Positions 19,189-28,112 of a DNA stretch of 64,000 nt are shown in pieces. The stretch's first letter is position 1; every line of letters begins with the position of its first letter. The notes under the pieces are model-generated. The model ran no database searches, was not told the origin of the DNA, and was given only the letters and a program-made list of their open reading frames with translations. A program made the position numbers and the translations under genes. This stretch comes from Clostridiaceae bacterium (GTDB taxonomy: Bacteria; Bacillota; Clostridia; Saccharofermentanales; DTU023), in NCBI GenBank assembly GCA_012518795.1, contig JAAYRL010000019.1, forward strand, positions 6,719 through 70,718, read 5' to 3'.

Positions 19189-19747
19189 TATTATTTGCCG
19201 GATTACTTTTTTCAGCAGCAGTTAATTCTTTGATTTTATCTCGAATTAAAGCAGCTTCTTCATATTGTTCTAATTGAACTTTCTCTTTTAACTCGGATTT
19301 TAATTGCTCAATTTCCGTGAGTGGTTTCACTTTCTCAACATCTATATTTTGCGGTACAATTTGGGTATCATTATGAATGTGTCCACCATGAATTTGGTCC
19401 AGCATTGAACAAATTACATCATGGAATGTGGAATAGCATTCCGGGCAACCGAAAAGGCCGGTTTTTCTGAAATCAGTATATTTCTGACCGCAGGCCGGGC
19501 AACGTATGGACTTATCAATTTGGGTTCCGATTGTTTTCGGTTGATTATTCAATGTAACAAAAGGAAAATTAAACAAAGCCTGGCCTAAATAATTGGACAT
19601 CGGAAAACTCTCAAAGCCGAATCCTGATTGAAATAGTCCCTGCTTTTGTGCACATTCAGAACAGAGTTGATAGGTTTTCGTAACTCCATGAATATTTGTT
19701 TTAACCGAAATATTAGCTTCGTTTATATGACATTTTTCACATAACAT
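19151..19747 (-). CDS. mcsA: McsA, activator of McsB (zinc-finger plus UVR-motif protein)
   Basis: It has CxxC pairs (CEKC..CSEC, CPAC..CPEC) and a UVR-like segment LEQYEEAALIRDKIKEL. Confidence 0.85.
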   Translation of the reverse strand: MLCEKCHINEANISVKTNIHGVTKTYQLCSECAQKQGLFQSGFGFESFPMSNYLGQALFNFPFVTLNNQPKTIGTQIDKSIRCPACGQKYTDFRKTGLFGCPECYSTFHDVICSMLDQIHGGHIHNDTQIVPQNIDVEKVKPLTEIEQLKSELKEKVQLEQYEEAALIRDKIKELTAAEKSNPANNIESEIESEGDEK

Positions 19748-20229
19748 TAGTTTTTCCCTCCTGCATTTTTTTGTTGATAAAGTGCCAATAAAATATTTGC
19801 AAAAATATTTGAACGAACTTGATCGACAATCGAATTTGGCACTTTCTGTAAAGCTTGATGCGAGACTGCAGATTTGATTATTTTTGAAATTCTCTCATCA
19901 ATAACATCTTGTTCACTTAAATTATCTAAAATTAAATACGCTTTTTGCTGACTGAGGCTGTTCGGTATAGACTGTATTTGTTGAGCCAGTTGCTGTTTTG
20001 ACGACGTGAATTCTACTCTTCTGATTGTGATAGATCCTCCACCGCCACGCTTACTCTCTTTTAGGTAACCCATACCGTTAGTAAATCTCGTCTGAAGAAC
20101 ATAGGTTATTTGTGAAGGCACACAATTCATTTTTTCCGCCAATTCATTACGTGTAAATTTTGCTATTCCCTCATTCTCATCCAACATTTGCTTTAAAATC
20201 GCTTCTATTGAATCACTTATCTTTGACAC
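19747..20229 (-). CDS. ctsR: CtsR, class III stress gene repressor
   Basis: The segment ISDSIEAILKQML..RNELAEKMNCVPSQITYVL is CtsR-like. A GTG at 20229 with a GGGAG RBS is favoured over the ORF-track start at 20238. Confidence 0.9.
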   Translation of the reverse strand: MSKISDSIEAILKQMLDENEGIAKFTRNELAEKMNCVPSQITYVLQTRFTNGMGYLKESKRGGGGSITIRRVEFTSSKQQLAQQIQSIPNSLSQQKAYLILDNLSEQDVIDERISKIIKSAVSHQALQKVPNSIVDQVRSNIFANILLALYQQKNAGGKN

Positions 20230-20330
20230 TAACCTCACTCCCTTGTTACTTGTTATTTAATGATTAATTTGTTATTGTAACTTAACATTTATATTAAGTT
20301 TTCAACTTTATCTATAAATATAGTTTCGAC

Positions 20331-20348
20331 TTTGACTTTCTTTGACTT
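20331..20348 (-). promoter_or_regulatory. CtsR operator (heptad direct repeat)
   Basis: The minus strand reads AAGTCAAAGAAAGTCAAA. This matches the consensus (A/G)GTCAAAnan(A/G)GTCAAA. It lies just downstream of the predicted -10. Confidence 0.8.
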
Positions 20349-20356
20349 TCAAGACT

Positions 20357-20384
20357 ATTATAGCAGTTTAAGAAACATCTTCAA
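20357..20384 (-). promoter_or_regulatory. Putative SigA-type promoter of the ctsR operon
   Basis: On the minus strand there is a -35 TTGAAG (20384-20379), a 16-nt spacer and a -10 TATAAT (20362-20357). Confidence 0.5.
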
Positions 20385-20578
20385 GACATTAAAATGAACA
20401 ATTGTGAAATAAAGAACATTGCTAAAACCAGAATTGTTTCTAATGATTCAATATTATTATATTATCTAAATGCTTGAATGATTATAAATTGCAAGTTAAA
20501 CTGAAAACAATATAAATTGATCAAATAACTCATCAAGTATTCTAATAATTATTTGAACAAGATAGTCATGAGGATTAT

Positions 20579-20674
20579 ATGAACAAAAAAAGACTACAAC
20601 GAATACTCATTCTAATTTTAGCAATTATCATGATTGGCGGAACAATTTTGTCAATATTCAGATTTGGTTTATAG
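20579..20674 (+). CDS. Candidate 31-aa single-TM micropeptide
   Basis: The translation is MNKKRLQRILILILAIIMIGGTILSIFRFGL-stop. A GAGGA RBS lies about 5 nt upstream. The ORF is convergent with icd and overlaps its stop. Confidence 0.35.
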   Translation: MNKKRLQRILILILAIIMIGGTILSIFRFGL

Positions 20675-21883
20675 AGATGCTTCAAGCCTTTCTCTTACGG
20701 CAGCTAAAAACTCTTCCGTATTCACTTTTTGCAGATTATCTCCTTCAGCCACGTTGATCAAATCACCGGTCATAATTCCGTCTTCAATTGTTGCAATTGA
20801 TGCTTCACATAATAATTTACCAAAACGTTGTAATTCCGGTAATTTATCGAGTTCACCCCGTTTTTCTAAAGCTCCGCCCCAAGCAAAAATTGTTGCCATC
20901 GGATTGGTCGATGTTTTTTCTCCATCACGATATCTGTAGTAATGCTTGGTCACAGTTCCATGAGCAGCTTCATATTCATATGTGCCGTCTGGTGAAACCA
21001 AAACAGAGCTCATCATTGCCAAGCTGCCAAAAGCTGCTGAAACCATATCGCTCATTACGTCACCGTCATAGTTTTTACATGCCCAGATATATCCGCCTTC
21101 AGATCTGATAACTCTGGCAACTGCATCATCAATCAAAGTATAGAAATATTCAATTCCCGCTTCTGCAAAGGCCTCTTGATATTCGGTTTCAAATATTTTT
21201 TGGAATATTTCTTTAAAAGCACCATCATACGTTTTAGAAATTGTATCTTTAGTCGAAAACCAAAGATCCTGTTTTAAGTCCAGAGCAAAACGGAAACAAC
21301 TATGTGCATATTTTTCAATTGATTCTTCAAGATTATGCATGCCTTGAATAACTGCTTTTCCCGGAAGTTTTTCGATTAATTTGGTTGTGACATCACCTGA
21401 ATCACCTACAAAAGTTAAAATTGCCGTACCGGATTCTGCTGTGCGAAGTTCGGTATTTTTATAAACATCACCATAAGCATGACGTGCAATTGTAATCGGT
21501 TTTTTCCATGGCTTAACTACCGGAGAAATATTCTTCACCATAATCGGCGTACGGAAAATTGTACCGTCCAACAGACCTCTAAGAGTTGCATTGGGACTGG
21601 GATAAAGTCGTTTCAGATTATACTCTTCTTGACGTTGGGCATTTGCCGTTATGGTTGCACATTTAACCCCTACACCATATTTTTTGCAAGCCAGAGCTGC
21701 ATCCACAGTAATCTGATCATCAGTTCTGTCACGCTCAGTCAGAGACAAATCGTAATACTCACTTTTCAAATCAACAAAAGGCAGTATTAACTGATCTTTA
21801 ATCATTTGCCAAATTACTCTTGTCATCTCATCGCCATCTATTTCAACAATCGGCTTCGTCATTTTTATTTTCTGCATGTTCAT
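20669..21883 (-). CDS. icd: NADP-dependent isocitrate dehydrogenase (eukaryote-like homodimeric type)
   Basis: 404 aa. The segment PIVEIDGDEMTRVIW..IKD.LILPFVDL and the overall IDH1/2-like pattern support the call. Confidence 0.9.
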   Translation of the reverse strand: MNMQKIKMTKPIVEIDGDEMTRVIWQMIKDQLILPFVDLKSEYYDLSLTERDRTDDQITVDAALACKKYGVGVKCATITANAQRQEEYNLKRLYPSPNATLRGLLDGTIFRTPIMVKNISPVVKPWKKPITIARHAYGDVYKNTELRTAESGTAILTFVGDSGDVTTKLIEKLPGKAVIQGMHNLEESIEKYAHSCFRFALDLKQDLWFSTKDTISKTYDGAFKEIFQKIFETEYQEAFAEAGIEYFYTLIDDAVARVIRSEGGYIWACKNYDGDVMSDMVSAAFGSLAMMSSVLVSPDGTYEYEAAHGTVTKHYYRYRDGEKTSTNPMATIFAWGGALEKRGELDKLPELQRFGKLLCEASIATIEDGIMTGDLINVAEGDNLQKVNTEEFLAAVRERLEASL

Positions 21884-22071
21884 TACTCCTGAAATAATTA
21901 GTTTTTACAACACAAATTTATGTATTTATTATTCACGATTAAATATGTGTTTATTATTCACGATTCAATTGGTTATTTCAAAAAAGAAAAACTTTATAAG
22001 TTTATCATTCCTGATTTAGTTAATTTTTATAAAAAACATAATTTATCTTTGTTCATTATTACTGATAATCT

Positions 22072-22104
22072 CAAAAAAAGGAATGGCTCAAGTGCCATTC
22101 CTTT
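22072..22104 (-). terminator. Rho-independent terminator after the carbonic anhydrase gene
   Basis: The minus strand reads AAAGGAATGGCACTTGAGCCATTCCTTT followed by TTTTTGAG. Confidence 0.75.
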
Positions 22105-22174
22105 CTAAAATAATTCACAACATTAAATAAGCCAATTTTTATATACCGATAAATTCCGAAAATTTAGGTTTTGC

Positions 22175-22834
22175 TTATTCCGTCTGAAATTGTTCCTCTC
22201 GCTTCTTAATAATTTCCTTGACAAGATCATCCATCTCTTCGTCAAATACATATTCTGAAACAACACCTGTACTGATATCAAAATAAAATCCCAGCAGTTT
22301 AAGTGTTCCGGCATTGACCTTCTCCTCAACGAAATCGTAAGTCATCAGATTGTCTAGCTGTTGAACCATATTTAATTTTTCAAGTTTCTCCAGCTGTTCT
22401 GCTTCCGACAATTCAGAATACTTTTCCTTGACACAATCTCGAATCAAAATACTTTGTCGAATCCATTCTGATGTATACGGCAATTTTGTTTCATAGTCCT
22501 GAACATGCATCATCGCTGCACAACCTCCACAATTTGAGTGACCACAGACAACAATATTCTCCACGCCCAACACTTTAACAGCATATTCAATCGCAGAAAT
22601 GACAGAGGGATGGTTATCAGGCTCTTTGTCTCTTGGTACGATATTTGCAATATTACGTATATGAAAAATTTCACCCGGATCAGCTTGCAAAATCTTCTCC
22701 ACATCAATACGTGAGTCGGAACAAGTGATAAATAATGTATGCGGGTTTTGAGATGCTACGATTCTGTCATATTTTTCTTTGTTGATGTCGTACTCAGTTT
22801 CTTTGAATTGTTTTAATCGTGCACTTAGATCCAT
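22175..22834 (-). CDS. beta-class carbonic anhydrase
   Basis: It has the zinc-ligand motifs CSDSR and HSNCGG. Confidence 0.85.
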   Translation of the reverse strand: MDLSARLKQFKETEYDINKEKYDRIVASQNPHTLFITCSDSRIDVEKILQADPGEIFHIRNIANIVPRDKEPDNHPSVISAIEYAVKVLGVENIVVCGHSNCGGCAAMMHVQDYETKLPYTSEWIRQSILIRDCVKEKYSELSEAEQLEKLEKLNMVQQLDNLMTYDFVEEKVNAGTLKLLGFYFDISTGVVSEYVFDEEMDDLVKEIIKKREEQFQTE

Positions 22835-23162
22835 GTTTTTCTCCTTGCTAATTTAAATTGAAATCATTTTTAGCTATCTGAAACAATGGTTAAATAATTT
22901 TGAAGACAAATTAAATAGCCTGTTTAGTCAAGACAATTAAATATGGTTAATATAATAAAATTATTCGGATAAGATTGCTAAAAATCTCGATAGAATTAGG
23001 TCGAACCAAATTCAACTCTTTTATCATTTGTATAATAATTCAAAATACTGATTTTATTCTATAAAATAAGCGAGAAAATTGTCAATTAATATTTCACATT
23101 GTTTTTTCGTTCAAGCATCAATTCAAGTCACAATCAGCAATTCGCTCTGTTGAGATAATTGT

Positions 23163-23191
23163 TTGACACAAGTAAAATCATTTGATAATAT
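23163..23191 (+). promoter_or_regulatory. Strong SigA-type promoter for the tRNA-Gly/tRNA-Cys pair
   Basis: There is a -35 TTGACA (23163-23168), a 17-nt spacer and a -10 TAATAT (23186-23191). It lies about 40 nt upstream of tRNA-Gly. Confidence 0.65.
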
Positions 23192-23231
23192 ACCTAAGCA
23201 ATTAAAGAACAATGACAATTAATTGCTAAAT

Positions 23232-23306
23232 GCGGGATTAACTCAGTGGTAGAGTGTCACCTTGCCAAGGTGAAAGTCGCGAGTTCGAATCTCGTATCCC
23301 GCTCCA
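23232..23306 (+). tRNA. tRNA-Gly (anticodon GCC), CCA encoded
   Basis: A cloverleaf was read by eye. The acceptor is GCGGGAT/ATCCCGC, the anticodon loop is TTGCCAA and the T-arm is GAGTTCGAATCTC. Confidence 0.9.
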
Positions 23307-23355
23307 CCAAAATGACCGTCATATCATTTGATTGATTAGCGGTCATTATTTATCC

Positions 23356-23430
23356 GGCACCATAGCCAAGCGGTAAGGCAGGGGTCTGCAAAACCCTTAT
23401 TCTCCAGTTCAAATCTGGATGGTGCCTCCA
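23356..23430 (+). tRNA. tRNA-Cys (anticodon GCA), CCA encoded
   Basis: The acceptor is GGCACCA/TGGTGCC, the anticodon loop is CTGCAAA and the T-arm is CCAGTTCAAATCTGG. Confidence 0.9.
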
Positions 23431-23437
23431 AGTTAAC

Positions 23438-23477
23438 AAGACGACAAAACGGATACAACCCTGAGTCGTCTTTTTTT
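23438..23477 (+). terminator. Terminator hairpin after tRNA-Cys, also the left copy of an island direct repeat
   Basis: The stem is AAGACGAC..(19-nt loop)..GTCGTCTT, followed by TTTTT. Confidence 0.6.
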
Positions 23478-23520
23478 ATGCCCTGAAACGTTGATAGGAC
23501 AGGGGTTCCCGAGAATGTCC
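23438..23520. repeat. Direct repeat DR-A, copy 1
   Basis: GACGACAAAACGGATACAACCCTGAGTCGTCTTTTTTTATGCCCTGAAACGTTGAT...TTCCCGAGAATGT matches 25489-25575 with a few substitutions and indels. Confidence 0.8.
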
Positions 23521-23611
23521 AAATAAACGAAAGGGTGCAAAAAGGGCTAAAGTTACGATGTTTTGCCGTATTTCTGCACCTTTTTATTCGCTCATGAAAC
23601 CTACTACACGA

Positions 23612-23690
23612 AACTCGGAGTTTCGTATCGCTTGTTTTGTTTCGTATCGCTAGTATGGCTTTCGTGTCGCCAGTATGGGTTTCGTGTGGA
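23612..23690. repeat. Iteron-like direct repeats with about 20-bp phasing, plus a flanking palindrome
   Basis: TTTCGT(A/G)T(C/G)G(C/A) occurs at 23621, 23640, 23660 and 23680. It is preceded by the palindrome CGAAACTCGGAGTTTCG. Confidence 0.7.
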
Positions 23691-23742
23691 TAGTTCAATT
23701 TTGGCATAAAAAATCCCCTTGAATAAGGGGGAAAAGAAATTA

Positions 23743-23961
23743 TTAGTCTAAGATGATTTCCCTTATTTCGCCGTTCCTAAGATGGAAGCTGAGTTTTCTC
23801 TCATCACCCTCCGGAACGCTAACGTAATCGACAAAACTGCACCAGTGTTCCTCGCAAAATTTCACCTCGGTTATGGTTTCAAGTCTCTTCATAAAAAAGC
23901 TGACGTTGAATTGCCTATCTTCTTTATCGGCAATTTCTTTTTTACTTTTCAGCTTTGGCAT
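23743..23961 (-). CDS. Hypothetical 72-aa protein
   Basis: This is an ORF only, with no recognisable motif. It is divergent from the DUF4143 ATPase gene. Confidence 0.4.
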   Translation of the reverse strand: MPKLKSKKEIADKEDRQFNVSFFMKRLETITEVKFCEEHWCSFVDYVSVPEGDERKLSFHLRNGEIREIILD

Positions 23962-24097
23962 TTTTGTGATTATAGTTTTTGAATTCTACAGAGCATTTCT
24001 AAAAGCACAAATTAGCAAAATAATATTGCGCAAATTAGTCAAACTATATTGCGCGAAATAGTCAAGTGAAATATAATGTGCTCAGGGAGATTGTGAA

Positions 24098-25375
24098 ATG
24101 GAGTACAGAAAAAGAGTAACAGATAAAGTTCTTGAGCGAAAACTGGAAGCATTTGGAGCAACACTGATTGTAGGTCCGAAAGGATGTGGCAAGACTACAA
24201 CTGCTAAGCAGTATGCAAATAGTTACATTGAATTTCAGGATGAAGATAAAAGGGAAAACTATCTTTCTGTCGCAGAGAATATGCCGTCCAGATTATTAAT
24301 CGGGGATAAACCTCGTTTGTTTGACGAATGGCAGGATGCTCCCAAAATATGGGGCGCTATCCGAAAAGACGTTGATGATACAGGTAAGAAAGGTCAATAT
24401 ATTTTAACAGGCTCATCTTCAAGGAAAGTAAATACTCCTCATACCGGTACATTGCGAATATCTACGATGGAAATGTACCCTATGAGCCTTTATGAGACCG
24501 GTGAATCAACGGGGGAAATATCTTTAGGAAAATTGTTCGATGATCAAAAAATTGACTGGATTGAATCGGAATTGTCCTTTGAAAGATTAGTTTATGCAAT
24601 TTGCCGAGGCGGTTGGCCACAATGTCTTGAGATAAAAAATGAAGATGCCAAGCTGGATATTGCGAGAGATCTTTTTTACCAAACCTGTCATGTTGATATT
24701 TCTAATATAAATAACATAAAAAGAAATCCTAAATGGGCAGAACTTATACTGAAATCATATTCGAGGAATTTGTGTACTTTAGTTAAGACAAAAACAATAT
24801 TTACTGACGTTAATACTTCAACAAGCTTATCAAAACAAAGTTTTTTTGATTATATAAATGATTTGGAAGACCTCTATATTATTTCGGATGTTGATGCATG
24901 GTGTCCGACAATTAGGTCGAAAGGAGCAATCCGTGCCGGTAAAAAAAGGAATTTGATTGACCCTTCTCTTGCCGTAGCTGCTTTGGGATTATCACCGGAT
25001 TTTTTTAATACGGATTTTAAGACACTGGGTTTTCTTTTTGAATCTTTATGTATCAGAGATTTAAAAGTTTATTCGTCTGCTTTAGGAGGACATATGTCTT
25101 ATTATCATGACCGTTACGGCTTAGAAGCAGATGGCGTATTGCACTTGTCGGATGGTAGATATGCCTTAATTGAGTTCAAATTAGGACAGGCGGGAATTGA
25201 TGAGGGAGCCAAACATCTTTGTGAAATTGAAAATTTGGTAAAAGCTTATAACGAAAAAGAAAAGCAGGTGCCTATAAGATTGCCGGATTTAAAATTAATT
25301 ATAACCGGAACACAATATGCTTATCAGCGTGAAGATGGTGTGTTTGTAATCCCTATAGGCTGTTTAAGAGATTAA
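24098..25375 (+). CDS. AAA-family ATPase with C-terminal DUF4143-like domain
   Basis: 425 aa. It has the Walker A GPKGCGKTT, Walker B LFDEWQ and the family-typical ILTGSSS. The C-terminal half resembles DUF4143. Confidence 0.8.
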   Translation: MEYRKRVTDKVLERKLEAFGATLIVGPKGCGKTTTAKQYANSYIEFQDEDKRENYLSVAENMPSRLLIGDKPRLFDEWQDAPKIWGAIRKDVDDTGKKGQYILTGSSSRKVNTPHTGTLRISTMEMYPMSLYETGESTGEISLGKLFDDQKIDWIESELSFERLVYAICRGGWPQCLEIKNEDAKLDIARDLFYQTCHVDISNINNIKRNPKWAELILKSYSRNLCTLVKTKTIFTDVNTSTSLSKQSFFDYINDLEDLYIISDVDAWCPTIRSKGAIRAGKKRNLIDPSLAVAALGLSPDFFNTDFKTLGFLFESLCIRDLKVYSSALGGHMSYYHDRYGLEADGVLHLSDGRYALIEFKLGQAGIDEGAKHLCEIENLVKAYNEKEKQVPIRLPDLKLIITGTQYAYQREDGVFVIPIGCLRD

Positions 25376-25424
25376 TAAATAGGACAACACTTTTACATAT
25401 AATGCACTTAAAATTTAATGATAC

Positions 25425-25482
25425 ACCCAAATGCACCCAAGCAATATTTTCGAGTGGATTGTATTCGTTTTGCTGTAGGATG
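25425..25482. repeat. Direct repeat DR-B, copy 1
   Basis: AAATGCACCCAAGCAATATTTTCGAGTGGATTGTATTCGTTTTGC matches 28065-28112. Confidence 0.8.
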
Positions 25483-25488
25483 CCATAA

Positions 25489-25575
25489 AAGGACGACAAA
25501 ACGGATTCAACCCTGAGGCGTCTTTTTTTATGCCCTGAAATGTTGATCCATCAAGTTTTTCCGATTTTCCGAGAT
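25489..25575. repeat. Direct repeat DR-A, copy 2
   Basis: GACGACAAAACGGATTCAACCCTGAGGCGTCTTTTTTTATGCCCTGAAATGTTGAT...TTTCCGAGATGT. Confidence 0.8.
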
Positions 25576-26353
25576 GTACTATTGAATATTAATGCCCGGA
25601 TGGCAAAAAATTCAATTTACAGCGAAACTTAAAAAATAAAGGACACATGACCAATATAAATTAATCAACATCGGATAAACGATTTTTTTGCTAATAGCTA
25701 ACGTGAAAATGCTTTCATTAATGTTGTTACAGGACTTTGCAGTTCATTCAGGAAAGTAAACGCAAGTTTGGCGTTGAGCAGATTACTGAGAAAATATTGC
25801 AGAGCGTGTATAAAGTACATGTTGTAGTTTTGCAGAACGTGGTGATTTTAACAATATAAGTTTTGCAGAACGCATTGGAACACAATATGTCTTGCACCCA
25901 AAGCAGATGAACGTTGGAAATGACCGGGTATATCTATCCTTGTATATGGGCTGGTGTTTATAAGCTATATATCCGGCATATTCAGAATACGCAATACACA
26001 GTGAGTGCCGGTTGAGTTAGCTTGGATTTCATGTTGATGATATCGGTAGATTATCACTAATTGTGCTTGCGATTTGGATTGGACTGCCAAGTATAATTTC
26101 ATTGCTATATTCAGTTCAACTTATTAAAAATAGTTAAAAATCAAATTTAATCATAATAAATTCTATCTCGCTGTTTAGAGAAAAGCGGGAACAAGCTCCC
26201 AATTAGTAGGAAGAACTTTATGGCATCATTAGAAGATAAATTTAAAGTGGTAAGAAAAGCATTTTAGAATAGCATGTGCACAGCTCGGTTTTGAGTGCAT
26301 ATACAATTCAAGTTCCAAAATTATATGTCTTACTGATAAGAAACAAATTAAAT

Positions 26354-26911
26354 TCATAACATAACAGCATGCTCATCAAGCAAAAACTGTTCAACACCTA
26401 TATATAGTATTCCATTATTATCTTTCCAGGGTTTTATATAATCACGGACTACAACAATCTTACCAAATGAGTCGGGAATTCTGATTAACGATGCAATCTC
26501 CTGTTCTCTTTTTTCAGGATTGACAATCGACAAAGCAGATTGAATATAATAACGTTGTTCCCCACGATTAACAACAAAATCAACTTCAAGCTGTTTTCTT
26601 ATCTTTTTTCCTTCATCTGTTTTTATATTCTGCTCGACAACCCCAACATCCACATCATATCCTCTGCGAATCAAGTCACAATAAAGCACATTTTCCATAA
26701 TATGCGTCTCCTCTTGTTGTCGAAAACCAAGCTTGGCATTTCGCAAACCGACATCTGTGTAGTAATATTTCACCGGTGATTGAATATACTTTCTTCCTTT
26801 TACATTGTAACGTTTTGCTTTACTTATCAGAAAGGCCTCTTCAAAATATCCCAAATAATTAGCAATTGTTGTTGAGTTAATGCGAATTCCATTTTGTTTT
26901 ACCTCAACCAA
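26354..26911 (-). pseudogene. 5'-truncated DUF4143 ATPase gene (C-terminal half only)
   Basis: The 185-aa ORF aligns by eye to the C-terminal half of this family (TIANYLGYFEEAFLI..RYNVKGRKY...KYYYTDVGLRN). The P-loop half is absent. An in-frame TGA lies immediately upstream, and the only start is a TTG chosen by the ORF caller. Confidence 0.7.
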
Positions 26912-27082
26912 TCAAATATTATTGCGGATTCCGCACTTTTTCTTCGAGTTTATTAAAGCTAATCAGCAAGCAAATGTCAATTAAACGCAATATTTTTCTG
27001 CGTATTCCGCATTTTTCTTTCATTTTGTTTAGCAAGGTGAGTTCCCTTACCATATTGCGTTTCCCCTTATTTGTTGGCATAA

Positions 27083-27943
27083 TTTAAGGGAAAGACAAGT
27101 ACTCGTATCAGGCAGTTAGTAGAAGAGAAAACAACTCCCAGAAATCGTAATGAACAAGAAATTGTAGGCTACCGTGATGTACTCAATATCATCCACGAGA
27201 GCTTTGACATGATTCCCATTTCTCGAAACTATATCCTGCAACTTCATAAGATTTTATATAGTTACATGAATAACCCGATGGCAGGTAAAACAAAAAATGT
27301 ACAGAATTATATCAGTGCAACTTACCCGGACGGTCAAGCAAAAACAATATTTACTCCGTTAGCACCATATGAAACGCCAGAGGCATTAGATAGAATTTGC
27401 GAAGAGTATAATCACGTAATTGGCAATATGGAAGTAGAACCTTTGCTTGTTATACCGGTCTTTATTCACGATTTTCTTTGCATCCATCCTTTCAACGATG
27501 GTAACGGTAGATTGAGCCGTCTCCTCACCACTTTGCTTTTGTATAGAAATGGATTTTATGTCGGCAAGTATATATCACTGGAAGCAAAAATTGCTATGAA
27601 TAAAGACCTATATTACGATGCACTAGCGCTAGCCCAAGTCGGATGGCAGGAAGATGAGGCGGACGTGGTTCCGTTCATTAAATACTTGCTTGGAACGATT
27701 CTCGCCGCCTATAACGACTTTGAAGATCGTTACGCTCTTGTGGAGACGAAACTTTCGGCTCTGGAAACAGTAAGGCGTGTGACGATGAATAAGATAGGTC
27801 GTTTTACCAAGCAAGATATCCGGGAACTTTGTCCCTCACTCAGTATAAGTTCTATTGAAGGCGCACTTCGGAAATTGGTGGCATCCGGCGAACTGGAAAG
27901 AGGAGGAAGCGGGAGGAGTACTTACTATGTTCGATTAAATTAA
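27083..27943 (+). pseudogene. 5'-truncated Fic-domain (AMPylase family) gene
   Basis: It has the Fic motif HPFNDGNGRLSR. The reading frame is open upstream of the listed ATG back to a TAA at 27080-27082. That upstream stretch encodes ..TTPRNRNEQEIVGYRDVL.., which is internal Fic-N-like sequence. No RBS or N-terminal domain is present. Confidence 0.65.
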
Positions 27944-28064
27944 TTTTCGTAAGTATTCCAGTTTCCCCTTAAATTCAACACAAATTGCGGGAAAACAATT
28001 ATGAAATACCCAAGGTTCCTACTTGCAGCCACGGTTCTTAAAAATGCACCCAGAGTTCAAAATT

Positions 28065-28112
28065 GCATCCAAATGTACCCAAGCAATATATTCGAGTGGA
28101 TTGTATTCGTTT
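28065..28112. repeat. Direct repeat DR-B, copy 2
   Basis: AAATGTACCCAAGCAATATATTCGAGTGGATTGTATTCGTTTTGC. Confidence 0.8.

Noticed and set aside
22123-22329. A 68-aa ORF overlaps the 3' end of the carbonic anhydrase gene, and a 65-aa ORF lies at 22510-22707.
   Set aside because: They are alternative frames of the same strand inside a well-supported CDS. They have no independent signals.
23336-23707. A 123-aa ORF on the minus strand.
   Set aside because: It runs antisense through tRNA-Cys, the terminator repeat and the iteron region. It has no RBS and an implausible composition.
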